From a virus (Duplodnaviria; Caudoviricetes): a DNA stretch of 63,879 nt. Position numbers and translations under genes: made by a program. The stretch spans positions 1 to 63,879 of IMG/VR virus record IMGVR_UViG_3300010376_000007. One strand, given 5' to 3'. The notes beneath the pieces are model-generated. The model was given only the letters and a program-made list of their open reading frames with translations. It made no database searches and was not told the DNA's origin. Of this stretch, positions 36,783 through 45,858 are shown piece after piece; within the stretch, counting starts at the first letter, position 1; each line of letters opens with the position of its first letter.

Positions 36783-36914
36783 ATGCCCCCCTGGTTGTGG
36801 ATCCTCCTGGCCGTCTGGCTGGGGGGATCTGTCCTCATCGCGCTGGCCTGGTCCGCGTTCTTCCGTCCGATCACGAAGTGGGAAGACGCGCGTGCCAAGC
36901 AGTCCCGTACCTAA
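36783..36914 (+). CDS. Small membrane protein (43 aa)
   Basis: MPPWLWILLAVWLGGSVLIALAWSAFFR... Confidence 0.55.
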   Translation: MPPWLWILLAVWLGGSVLIALAWSAFFRPITKWEDARAKQSRT

Positions 36915-36968
36915 AAACCTGTGCTACAGTAGCAACCCGGGATTGGGAGGCTGTCCCTACAGCCTTCC

Positions 36969-37115
36969 ATGCAGCGCGCCCAGAGCTACGTTGAATACGC
37001 CCTGATCATCGCCACCGTCGCCGTCCTCGTGCTGCTGGCGGGTGTCCAGTTCGGCCAAGTGCTCGACGTATGGCTGCGTTTGCTGCTCGCCCGCATCGTC
37101 GGGACGGTGTACTAG
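36969..37115 (+). CDS. Flp/Fap (Tad) pilin-like protein (48 aa)
   Basis: MQRA|QSYVEYALIIATVAVLVLLAG: Glu at +5 followed by Tyr, then a hydrophobic helix. Confidence 0.75.
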   Translation: MQRAQSYVEYALIIATVAVLVLLAGVQFGQVLDVWLRLLLARIVGTVY

Positions 37116-37134
37116 GCACGCGAGGGGTACCGCA

Positions 37135-37278
37135 ATGGTTGCAGAGGAATCGAGTTCGTTACTCACGAACGAGGTTGAGCGGCTCAAGGAACTGCTCGCT
37201 GCCACGTCCGACTACATTGCCCATGACGAGCGGTCGAAGCTCTGGCGCGAAGTAAGAACGGCCCTTGGTAGAGATTAG
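37135..37278 (+). CDS. Small hypothetical protein
   Basis: GAGGGG RBS; last gene of the plus-strand block. Confidence 0.5.
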   Translation: MVAEESSSLLTNEVERLKELLAATSDYIAHDERSKLWREVRTALGRD

Positions 37279-37415
37279 GAGTGCTAGATCGAGCCGGGTG
37301 GGGCGACCCGGCCCGTGTTGCCGGCTAGTGACGGATCAACCGAAGGTTGAGGGTTGCTCCCGGTCCCTGCGGTTATCACCCGTGTTTGAGTTGTGCGTGA
37401 CCCCAGCACCTCCTA
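37276..37415 (-). ncRNA. Candidate structured RNA or bidirectional terminator between converging operons
   Basis: Closing stem TAGGAG(G)TGCT/AGCACTCCTA, C(UUCG)G hairpin, GCCGGGT/ACCCGGC stem. Confidence 0.35.
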
Positions 37416-37433
37416 TAGTAAGCTTCCCGGGAA

Positions 37434-37583
37434 TCAGCGCTTGCGTCGGCGCCAGGCGCGCCAGCGCAGGCGTGCCTCGCCGCCCGCCCAGCCCGCCACG
37501 AACGCGGCCAGCGTCGGCAGGCCGTGGTTGGCCAGGAAGTCAGCCAGCGCGAGTAGCCAGCCCGTCGGCGCGGGTTGAGCCAC
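37434..37583 (-). CDS. Small membrane protein with basic tail (holin-like)
   Basis: MAQPAPTGWLLALADFLANHGLPTLAAFVAGWAGGEARLRWRAWRRRKR. Confidence 0.45.
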   Translation of the reverse strand: MAQPAPTGWLLALADFLANHGLPTLAAFVAGWAGGEARLRWRAWRRRKR

Positions 37584-37908
37584 GTGGCGCCTCGCTGGCC
37601 TGCATGATGTCGTCGTAGAACTGGATGAAACGCCGGTCGACCATCGACCACGGCATCTTCTCCACCTTGTGCTTCAGGTAGTCCCAGTCGGCGTCTTCCA
37701 GTTCCAGCGTGTCGGCGGCCCGATCCAGCGCGTCGAAGATGCGGATGCCGCGCCGCATCTCGTCGATGTCGGCGCCCCGCTCCGGGTCGAGCGGGATGCG
37801 CACGGCCTGCTCGATCATGAACCGATAGTCGAGCCGGTTGGGCTCCCACCTCGGGTCGTCTGCGGCAAAGCGCGGGTCGGGCAGCGATAGTAGCCGGATG
37901 CGCCTCAC
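37540..37908 (-). CDS. Hypothetical protein (possible tail-fibre accessory)
   Basis: Coupled downstream of the fibre genes. Confidence 0.65.
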   Translation of the reverse strand: MRRIRLLSLPDPRFAADDPRWEPNRLDYRFMIEQAVRIPLDPERGADIDEMRRGIRIFDALDRAADTLELEDADWDYLKHKVEKMPWSMVDRRFIQFYDDIMQASEAPRGSTRADGLATRAG

Positions 37909-38309
37909 TTCTTGGTCCCCAGCCCCGCGACCAGCGCGGATTCGTCAAGCTGCCAGCGCTCCGGGCCGTCCATGGCCTCGACGAGTTCCCTGACGTGGTC
38001 GACCGCCGCCTGCGGCGTCATCGCGCCGCGCTGTAGCATCTCCGGGCACACGCAGCCATCAGACTGGCACTTGTTCACGAACATCTGCTGGACGCTCTGG
38101 GGCTGCGCGCCGCCGCCCACCGGGTGAGTGCTGACCGCCTGGCATACCGGGCAAGTGATCATCAGGTAGTTGTGATTCTCAACTCCACTGATGTCGGTGG
38201 TATGAACAATGGTGGTCGGATCGACCGTGCCCGTGTGCGCACCACCAGACGCGTCGTCATGCACTACAGACCATGGCGTTGTCGAAAAGTCGCGCACATA
38301 GATGCTCAT
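37905..38309 (-). CDS. Zn-binding hypothetical protein
   Basis: H..T...CPVC..STHP; ATGA overlap. Confidence 0.65.
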   Translation of the reverse strand: MSIYVRDFSTTPWSVVHDDASGGAHTGTVDPTTIVHTTDISGVENHNYLMITCPVCQAVSTHPVGGGAQPQSVQQMFVNKCQSDGCVCPEMLQRGAMTPQAAVDHVRELVEAMDGPERWQLDESALVAGLGTKK

Positions 38310-39277
38310 GGGTTCGCCTCAATCACGAAGTACCCGCTTCCAGCGGTGGCAATCAGGATGGTGGCGTTGCCGCCCGTCAGACCGGTGGCCACGCTGACGT
38401 CGACGCGGCAGTTTTCTACGGTTGCTGCCGACCCGCTCACGGTCGAACAGGCCACGTTGCCACCGCCGGAGTTCGAAAGGGCGAAGCTACTCCCCGGTCC
38501 TCCGAGGGTGATTGTCGGCACGACCGGTTTCCGACTGTTGAATCGCAACGCCATAAACGCCGCTGTCGTTCCATACGCCTGACCGGTCAGGAGCAATTCG
38601 GGGCTCGTCAGGCCACCGTAGGTCTCGTAGTAGCGCAGACATCTGGTGTAGTCGTCCACCGGGTGCAGCGGTACGTAGTTGGCGGGCTGCGAACCGACCA
38701 CCAGCGCCGCATTGTCCACGTAGGCCGTACAAGAAGCTTGGAAGAAGATAGCCACCTGGACAACCGTTGCGTTGGCTGCGACCGTGTACGTCGCGGTGAG
38801 GGTCTGGTAGGTGCCGTTGCCCGAGTGCATGCCGCTGCTGACGTTGCTGACGTTGTCCTGGATCTGGACGAAAACCGCGTTTGCCGTCGAGGTCCGTACG
38901 CGAACTGAGAGACTCAGCGTTCTGCCGCGCACATTCCCATAGTCCTCAAGTTTTTGCAGGAGGAACGACGTGGTGCTGTGCGTGTACGTCGCCACGGCCG
39001 CCGCCCCGGAACCGGTGTCCACGTTGCCGGTATCACGCGTGACACTCAGCGTCGAGCCACTCCCAATGCCGAGCGACCAGCGGTCGGCCGCATATACGCC
39101 CGTGGTGAAGGGGCCGGCTCCGCGCGACCACACTTCGAACCCTCCGTTAACGAGCAACTGGGCACGCGCCACGTCCGGACCGAGTTCGGCATTGCCGATA
39201 GAGCCATCCGTGATGTCCGTGCCGGTGATGGTGCCGTCGAGCACGTCGGTGCCGCGAATCTGTTGAACCGGGCTCAT
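38306..39277 (-). CDS. Tail fibre/receptor-binding protein 2 (CBM-like domain)
   Basis: LLVNGGFEVWSRG...PLHPVDDYTRCLRYYE; paralog of the C-terminal half of the next gene. Confidence 0.75.
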   Translation of the reverse strand: MSPVQQIRGTDVLDGTITGTDITDGSIGNAELGPDVARAQLLVNGGFEVWSRGAGPFTTGVYAADRWSLGIGSGSTLSVTRDTGNVDTGSGAAAVATYTHSTTSFLLQKLEDYGNVRGRTLSLSVRVRTSTANAVFVQIQDNVSNVSSGMHSGNGTYQTLTATYTVAANATVVQVAIFFQASCTAYVDNAALVVGSQPANYVPLHPVDDYTRCLRYYETYGGLTSPELLLTGQAYGTTAAFMALRFNSRKPVVPTITLGGPGSSFALSNSGGGNVACSTVSGSAATVENCRVDVSVATGLTGGNATILIATAGSGYFVIEANP

Positions 39278-39338
39278 AGCGCGCCTCCTGAATTACGATC
39301 CGGGCCAAGCTGACGGTTGTCGAGCAGAGGCGTGGGCA

Positions 39339-41504
39339 TCAGGGGTTGGCCTCTGCCTTGAACGATCCGACGCTGCCGCTGGCGAAAAACGCGGACACAA
39401 TGCCGTTGCCGTGCGATCCCGTCGAATACAGCGCGAAGCTATCCACAGTCGTCCCATTGATTCCCGGCCCTTGGGAGGACTGCGCTCCCGTATCCAGTCG
39501 CTGAAGAATCCACTGATTTGCCGAAGTCGTGATTGTCGGAGCTACAGCCTTCTTGGTCTTGAACGGGTACGAAATGCCACCAGTCGCGCTGGCGTAGCCC
39601 GCGCCGATAAAAATCGTGTTTCCTGCGACCGTCTGGATTTCCTCGTAGTACCGCTGACACCGCGCCAGGTCATCCGCCGGGTGCAGCGGCACGTAGTCGG
39701 CGGCCTGCGAGCCGACCACCAGACAGGCGTTATCCAGATACGCCGTGCAGGACGCGGCGAAGAAGATACCGCATTGCCAGTTGGTCCCCGGCCCGCTCAT
39801 GGTCGCGGTGACCGTCAACGTCTGGTACGCACCACTGCCGGTGTGAAAGGTGGATTGCGTCCAGGCAGACCCGTCGAAGAGTCCAATTCGCACGGCGTTG
39901 GGAGTCGCGGTCCGCACCCGCACCGAGAGTGACATCTGGCGACCCGCGAGTTGGTAGCCGTCGGTCGAAGGGATCTTCTGGTAGATGGTCGATGCCCCGC
40001 CGCCAGTCCCCAACGTGAAGGCGCAGGCCGCGCACGCCTGACTGCCGGTGTCCACGTTCGTGGTGTCTTTGCTGACGCTGATCGCGTCGCTGCCCGCTAA
40101 CGAGGACACCCAGCGATCACCAGCAACAAACACGCCCGATCCGGAGTTCGGCCCATTGCCGCGCTGCCAGATCTCGAACCCGCCGTTGGTGAGCAGGTTG
40201 GCCCGGGCCGTGTCGCTGGCCAGGCGCGCGTTGGGGATAGCATCCGGAAGCTGGGCCGGGAAAAAGCCGGTGCCGACGCTGCCGATGACCAGCGTCGCCT
40301 CGGCTAGCTCGACGGTCGCCGTGGCGATGTCCAGCACCACACCGACGCTGAGGGTGGTCACCGCGCCGAGAGTCCGCGTGAAGCTGATCGTCTCACCGGC
40401 AGTGGTGGCGTTGTAGCTGCCGAAGTTCCAGCTACCGTCGAAGATGCCGGCTTTTATCGCGCCGACGACGCTGCTTTTGACCCGGAACGAGACGGTGATC
40501 TGCTTGCCCTGCAGGCTGCCGAAGCCCAGCACCGCCTGGGTCACGTACAGGTTGCCGCTGGCGGCGTGGGTGTAGGCCACCTGTTCGGCGTAGCCGCCGC
40601 TGATGGTCGAGGCGATGCGCGTGGCCGCGAACGTCGAGGAGCCGCCCAGCGCGTGCAGCCAGCCATCCACCGGAGTGGTGCCAGTGACCGACGAGCCGCC
40701 AGGCATGGTCCACACCTCGAAGCCGCCATTCTGCAGCAGGTTGGGCCGGTACACGTCGGAGGCCAGCTTGACGTTGGTGACCGCCTGGTCGGCCAGCTTG
40801 GGCGTGGTCACCTGGCCATCGGTCAGCCCCGAACCCCCCACCGGGCCGACGGTGTAGCCCACGTCGACGCGCTCGGTGCCGTCGAAGGGCGTGGTAAAGG
40901 TGATCGCCGGGCCGACAGCCGAGTAGTGGTTATCGGTCACCGACTGCACCACGCCGTTGCGCGAGACGTACAGGATAGCCGTCGGGTTCTGGCTGATGGT
41001 GACCACCGTCGCCGCCGCCGTCGGCAGAAACTCCTCGTGCAGCGCCTGGCCGCCCACGTCGGTGGCCAGCTTGATGTTGGTCACCGTGTGGTCGACCAGC
41101 GAGCCGCCGTTGAGCGTGTTCAGCGGCAGTTCCAAGACGGGGGTGATGTACAACCCGGGCGTATCCGAACTGTGCCCGTTCTGCAGCGCGATGCGCGACA
41201 TGAACGTGTCCTGCGGCGCCGTACCCCCGGGACCCCAACCCAACCGACCCGAGCCGTTGAAGCCGAAGCCGGGCTGGGCCTGGTTCTTGTCGAGGTACAT
41301 GTCGATCAGATTGGTGTTCTGGCCAATCGCACCGTACACGCGCAACGGCACCGTGGTCACGTTCTGGTTGCCGCCCAGCGTCAGCGTGTTCGAGAACGTC
41401 ACGGGCTGGTCAGTCATCACCCCGGTGAAGAGGTTGTAGAACTGCAGCATGTCGACGCTCTTGACCGGACCCTGGGGGTGGAAGTTGGTGGTATCCAGCG
41501 GCAC
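39339..41504 (-). CDS. Tail fibre/receptor-binding protein 1 with two CBM-like domains
   Basis: VTxxKLA repeats; NLLQNGGFEVW and NLLTNGGFEIW; DDLARCQRYYE. Confidence 0.8.
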   Translation of the reverse strand: MPLDTTNFHPQGPVKSVDMLQFYNLFTGVMTDQPVTFSNTLTLGGNQNVTTVPLRVYGAIGQNTNLIDMYLDKNQAQPGFGFNGSGRLGWGPGGTAPQDTFMSRIALQNGHSSDTPGLYITPVLELPLNTLNGGSLVDHTVTNIKLATDVGGQALHEEFLPTAAATVVTISQNPTAILYVSRNGVVQSVTDNHYSAVGPAITFTTPFDGTERVDVGYTVGPVGGSGLTDGQVTTPKLADQAVTNVKLASDVYRPNLLQNGGFEVWTMPGGSSVTGTTPVDGWLHALGGSSTFAATRIASTISGGYAEQVAYTHAASGNLYVTQAVLGFGSLQGKQITVSFRVKSSVVGAIKAGIFDGSWNFGSYNATTAGETISFTRTLGAVTTLSVGVVLDIATATVELAEATLVIGSVGTGFFPAQLPDAIPNARLASDTARANLLTNGGFEIWQRGNGPNSGSGVFVAGDRWVSSLAGSDAISVSKDTTNVDTGSQACAACAFTLGTGGGASTIYQKIPSTDGYQLAGRQMSLSVRVRTATPNAVRIGLFDGSAWTQSTFHTGSGAYQTLTVTATMSGPGTNWQCGIFFAASCTAYLDNACLVVGSQAADYVPLHPADDLARCQRYYEEIQTVAGNTIFIGAGYASATGGISYPFKTKKAVAPTITTSANQWILQRLDTGAQSSQGPGINGTTVDSFALYSTGSHGNGIVSAFFASGSVGSFKAEANP

Positions 41505-41506
41505 GG

Positions 41507-43576
41507 CTAGACTCCTATGCCCGTATCATACAGCGCCAGCGGGGCGTCGTAGCCATACAGCGCTGCCTGATCGGGGTTGTTGTCGGGGTTGCGCGTCCAG
41601 GGCATGTCGTACTGGAAGGTGCCGACGATCCCCTCGCCGGAGGTGTACTCCAGCAGCGTCCAGTCGAGCACCCACTCGGGGGTCCGGTCGGGCTCGCGCA
41701 GCGCCTCCTGCTGCTGCAGCTTCAGCACCCTGACCTGATACAGGTCGTTCCACGGGTCGGAGAACGGCACCGGGATGCCTCCCCGCCGGATGTCCCAGGA
41801 GTGGATGAGTTGCAGGTACGGGTTCTGGAGGTCCTCGGCCAGCGTACCGAACGAGCCGCCCGGCAGGCGCGTCTGCAGCACGAACAGCCGATACACTTTG
41901 GTGTTCAGGCTGAGCCGGGCGCTGATGCCCCATAGCTTGGGGGTGATCGTCGGGTCGGCGGTGTTCAGCACCAGCCGCAGCTTGATGCGCTTGGCGACCT
42001 GAATGGCACCGATGGGGAAATCGACCTCGCCCGAGGGCGAGGTGCGGATGGTGCCCAGGTCCTGCCAGGGCTGGATGCCGTCGATCAGCGCCTGCACGTC
42101 GATGGTCTGTGAGACGCCCACCAGATCGTCGGCAATCACCCGCACGGCGAAGCTGACCTTGTCCTCGTCGGGAAAGCCCAGGTCGATGTCGGGCAGGGTC
42201 AGGGTGCCCGTCGGCTGGTAGCGGCACGCCGGATCGTCGAACTCGGCGTCGCCGTCGAGCGGCATGATGCACTCCCCGACGCTGGTACCTGTCGAAAACA
42301 TCAGGCGCGGCTGGCCGGGGAACAGATACGTCACCGCCATGGCGTGTACGGTCGTGGCGCCCAGGCTCAGGTAGGTGTGCGGCGCGCCGGTGGTCTGGTC
42401 GTTGCGCCAGATCCACGTGTGGCCCTGGCTGTTCTGGCAGGCGTAGTACAGGAAGCGCTGCGTGCCGACGATGGCGGTGACCACGCCCCGGGCATTCGGC
42501 GGGCGCCGGTAGTTCGAGGTCCACGGCGCAATCGAGTTGGCGGTGCCCGAGAACTGATCCGCCGGAGCGTACTCCCACAGGCCGCGCTCGCGCGGGAAGA
42601 CCAGCGTCATCGACCCGCGCTGCGCTTCGGTGCCGGAGGCCAGCATCCACTTGAGCGGGCGGCAGTTGGTGTTCAGCCGCGAGTCGAACGGAATCAGTTC
42701 GCGGTAGATGGCCTGGGTGTCGATCTCGCCCAGTGCGTCGACCTTGCCGACGTAGACGCCAACTAGCCCCCCTCCAGGGGCTAATGAGGTGATCATCGTG
42801 TCGCCGGTGTCGATGGGACCCGCGTAGTCGTGATCGGCAAAGGTGCTCGACATGACTATGTGGTACTGGTCGGTCGTCGCGCCGCCCGCCACGTAGCTGG
42901 CGGCGTGGTCGTTGGTGTAGGCCCACACGTAGATCGGCAACGCGCCACCCGGCTGGTCGGCCTTCTGCAGCACGTCGATGAACGCATTGGCGGGCGTGAG
43001 CGCCACGGCGGTGGCTGCGGAGCCGAAGCCGATCACCAGATAGCCCTGGTACACGCCGATGGCCGTATCGACCGCCGGTCCCTTGGCCACCGTAGCCACG
43101 GTGCTCCACGTGCCAGTCGTGCCGCGCATCCAGACCGTGGTGCTGGCTGCCCCCGACGGCCCGACAGCCAGCATCCTGCCGCCGATGGCCTGGGTGCGGA
43201 AGTCCTCACCCATCCACACGGCGGGTCCGGTCGCGCCCGGCAGCGTGTACGACTGGATCTCGGGCGAGAGCACAGTTGGGGCGAAGGCGCAGTTGACGTT
43301 GTCGGTCTCTTCGTACAGGGATCTGTACTGGTCAGGGTCGCCCGGTGCATCGGAGTAGCGGCGCAGCCCCGCGCCGCCGGTCAGCGCCGAGACGGCCCAG
43401 GCGCTCTCGTACGGGTTGAAGTCGGCGTACTTCAGTTCGCCCTGGGACACCTTGGCGCCGAAGCGGTCGGCCTCCTCGACGCCGTACTTGCCGGGCACTA
43501 GCTCCAGCGGCATGCCGTCGATAATGACCTGATCGGGCTGCCCCGGAATGGGGTTCGGCCAGGGCAGGATGCTCAC
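41507..43576 (-). CDS. Tail nozzle / tail tubular protein B-like
   Basis: 689 aa, beta-rich; follows the adaptor and precedes the fibres. Confidence 0.65.
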   Translation of the reverse strand: MSILPWPNPIPGQPDQVIIDGMPLELVPGKYGVEEADRFGAKVSQGELKYADFNPYESAWAVSALTGGAGLRRYSDAPGDPDQYRSLYEETDNVNCAFAPTVLSPEIQSYTLPGATGPAVWMGEDFRTQAIGGRMLAVGPSGAASTTVWMRGTTGTWSTVATVAKGPAVDTAIGVYQGYLVIGFGSAATAVALTPANAFIDVLQKADQPGGALPIYVWAYTNDHAASYVAGGATTDQYHIVMSSTFADHDYAGPIDTGDTMITSLAPGGGLVGVYVGKVDALGEIDTQAIYRELIPFDSRLNTNCRPLKWMLASGTEAQRGSMTLVFPRERGLWEYAPADQFSGTANSIAPWTSNYRRPPNARGVVTAIVGTQRFLYYACQNSQGHTWIWRNDQTTGAPHTYLSLGATTVHAMAVTYLFPGQPRLMFSTGTSVGECIMPLDGDAEFDDPACRYQPTGTLTLPDIDLGFPDEDKVSFAVRVIADDLVGVSQTIDVQALIDGIQPWQDLGTIRTSPSGEVDFPIGAIQVAKRIKLRLVLNTADPTITPKLWGISARLSLNTKVYRLFVLQTRLPGGSFGTLAEDLQNPYLQLIHSWDIRRGGIPVPFSDPWNDLYQVRVLKLQQQEALREPDRTPEWVLDWTLLEYTSGEGIVGTFQYDMPWTRNPDNNPDQAALYGYDAPLALYDTGIGV

Positions 43577-43579
43577 AGG

Positions 43580-44539
43580 CTAACCAAGCCGGAAGGATGC
43601 CGACTTAAATGCTCCTAAAAAGCGCCAGTCCTCGGGGGACGGGAAGGCCATCGCGTCGCCGTGGCCAGGGGTGACGATGCGGCCGGGCTGGTGTGAAGGA
43701 GCATTCACAAGGATGTCGTTTTTCTGGCGCTCCAGGCGGTCCATCGCCTGCTGCCGGATCTTCTCCGCCTCACCTGTCGGGACGCGGTTGGTCAGGCTGT
43801 CGTTCAGCCGGAACTCCGCGAAGTCGTAGATCCACTCCAGCGCGCCGCTCTCCCATTTGCCCGAGATGGCCAGCACGTCGCCGTCGTCGGTAAGCTGGGG
43901 GTAGTAGCCCTCCGCGAAAATGCGCAGTTGCCGGTCGGGTGGCGGCTGGATGCCGAATTCGATGGCCCACGTGTCGTTGCCCTGGTCGTCGGTCCAGTAG
44001 CGCGGGCGCCAGTTCAGGTACTCGGCGTCGGCAAACGGATAGCCGATCTGCTCCGGGCTGGTGTTGATCTGGATCTCGACCCGGTAGATCAGCGACCAGT
44101 TCGTTGTATTGTCCGGATAATAGATCCAGTTGTTGACCTGGGTGGTGATCGTCTCGTCGCAGATCTTGCGGTACCACGTCAGGCCCAACTGGCCGATGGC
44201 CGAGTTGAGCGCCTTGAGCACCCGGTCGCGCCTGAAGCGCATGCGGATCTCGTACTCGCCCGCCGTGATCGTCTGCGGGAAGCCCGGCGAGTACAGGATC
44301 AGCGTGCTGTTGGTCGGGTCCCAGGTCTGGCCGCGCCGCTCGATGCCCCGGTTGAGCGCGTCCGGGCTATCCTCCGGGCAGTACACCCAGCCGTTGAACT
44401 GCTGCAGCGGCTGCGGAAAGTACTGGCGCAGATCGGGGTCGATCAGCGTCGTCGTCCCGCCGATGGACGGGGTGGCCAGCGCGAAGTCGCTGACGCGCTC
44501 ACTCAGTTCCCGGATCAGGGTCTTGGCTAGCTGCCCCAC
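43580..44539 (-). CDS. Head-tail adaptor / tail tubular protein A-like
   Basis: VLKALNSAI helix; position after the capsid genes. Confidence 0.65.
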   Translation of the reverse strand: MGQLAKTLIRELSERVSDFALATPSIGGTTTLIDPDLRQYFPQPLQQFNGWVYCPEDSPDALNRGIERRGQTWDPTNSTLILYSPGFPQTITAGEYEIRMRFRRDRVLKALNSAIGQLGLTWYRKICDETITTQVNNWIYYPDNTTNWSLIYRVEIQINTSPEQIGYPFADAEYLNWRPRYWTDDQGNDTWAIEFGIQPPPDRQLRIFAEGYYPQLTDDGDVLAISGKWESGALEWIYDFAEFRLNDSLTNRVPTGEAEKIRQQAMDRLERQKNDILVNAPSHQPGRIVTPGHGDAMAFPSPEDWRFLGAFKSASFRLG

Positions 44540-44831
44540 TCAGGATCTCCTCCTTGCGCGACGGATCCCAGATCACGCTCTCGGGCACCGCAGCCACTGC
44601 GCTCGGCGGCTGACGCTCGGGCCACTGCACCTCGGCGTGGACGTTCTCCCCGGCCTCCTTGAAGAACGTCTCCAGCCAGGACAGGGCGTACGGCGTAAGC
44701 TGAATCTTCACGTCCGGTCGACGCATCATAGCCACCAGATCGCGGCCGTGCTTGATGACCGCGTGGCCCTGCAGGAAGCGCACCTGGCGCCCAGGCGTCG
44801 ACGGCAGCATCACGTTGCGCGCGGGGAGCAC
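44499..44831 (-). CDS. Hypothetical protein
   Basis: Overlaps the adaptor start; true start uncertain. Confidence 0.55.
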   Translation of the reverse strand: MLPARNVMLPSTPGRQVRFLQGHAVIKHGRDLVAMMRRPDVKIQLTPYALSWLETFFKEAGENVHAEVQWPERQPPSAVAAVPESVIWDPSRKEEILSGAASQDPDPGTE

Positions 44832-44884
44832 GTAGGCGTCAGCGATGCTCTCTTGGAATTGTATGATACGATCACCCCTCTCTC

Positions 44885-45311
44885 ATGTCAGATTGTATTC
44901 CCTGGGGTGGAAACATTGACCGACAGGGGTATGGCACCACCTACCATAAACTGCCCGGGTTCAAGAGCCACACGATACGCGCACACCTACGTATGGACTG
45001 TCCGGTACGGTCGACCGCCGAAGGGCGTCGATATCGACCACGTTTGCCACAACGAAGACCCAACGTGCGCCGGTGGGCCAGCGTGCCTGCATCGAAGGTG
45101 TGTCAATCTGGAGCACATGCGACTGGTTACCAGGGGACAGAATGTCCTCGCTGGTAAAGGGCGCGGGGCTCAGAACGCGCGCAAGACTCACTGTGCCGCA
45201 GGACACCCGCTCACGGTCGTGCCTGGGACTGGAGGGGCGCGTGGCTGTCATGACTGCACCAGGGCGAGGATCCGCGAGCACTATCACTCCAAGCGTTCTG
45301 GTGGCCTGTAG
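44885..45311 (+). pseudogene. Frameshifted HNH endonuclease inserted antisense in the head operon
   Basis: MSDCIPW.G.IDRQGYG...RAH in one frame; YVW...IDHVCHN...RRCVNLEH...KTHC..GH in the +1 frame; break near 44981-44988. Confidence 0.75.
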
Positions 45312-45496
45312 GCTACCCCAGGCACCACGCGCGGCGCCTGGGTCAGCGTGGCGATGCCCTTGCGCGCCAGCCTGTGCTGCGCCTCCAGGCACGGCATGCT
45401 GGTGGGGTGCGAGACGCACGGCCAGCGCGTGTGCTCCACGTTGTTGTCGATGGTCTCCAGCCCGATGTGGTCGGGGTGCGCGTTGCGGACCAGCAT
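45284..45496 (-). CDS. Small Cys/His protein
   Basis: CVSH....CLEAQH; TGATG coupling. Confidence 0.55.
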   Translation of the reverse strand: MLVRNAHPDHIGLETIDNNVEHTRWPCVSHPTSMPCLEAQHRLARKGIATLTQAPRVVPGVAYRPPERLE

Positions 45497-45858
45497 CAGT
45501 CGTGGCCGAAGATCGCCGCGTAATTGTCCCTGTAAGCGTCGGATGGGGCGGAGAGAAACCTCTCCGCCCCCGCCGACTTGGTCCGCCAGCGTGACTCACG
45601 GCCGAGTCGATGGTCAATGTCTACCCCGGTCGAGGTGGTTCTGGTCCACGTAAACCCGCACCCCCCCTTCCGGACATCGGCGTTGAAGATCGACCAGTCG
45701 TGGACGCCTTCACGGACGCCAGACCGGTCGCCTTCGCTGCGATGGGCTGCATCGACTTCCATGCACCCGTCGGAGGGGCAGCGGTCGTAGTAATCGCCGT
45801 CCTTGGACGAGTTGGCCGGGGGATCTACGTGGGTCCCCTCAACGTGAATGACGGTCAC
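45496..45858 (-). CDS. Hypothetical protein
   Basis: GTGA overlap with the capsid stop; CPSDGC...GCG. Confidence 0.6.
   Translation of the reverse strand: MTVIHVEGTHVDPPANSSKDGDYYDRCPSDGCMEVDAAHRSEGDRSGVREGVHDWSIFNADVRKGGCGFTWTRTTSTGVDIDHRLGRESRWRTKSAGAERFLSAPSDAYRDNYAAIFGHD

Noticed and set aside
37375-37402. c-di-GMP-I riboswitch call from GTCACGCACA...CAAAC on the minus strand
   Set aside because: The core GGCAAAC...GACGCAAAG is not matched and no gene follows; kept only as an unclassified RNA candidate
38306-41504. Diversity-generating retroelement acting on the fibre genes
   Set aside because: No reverse transcriptase gene and no near-identical template/variable repeat pair differing at adenines
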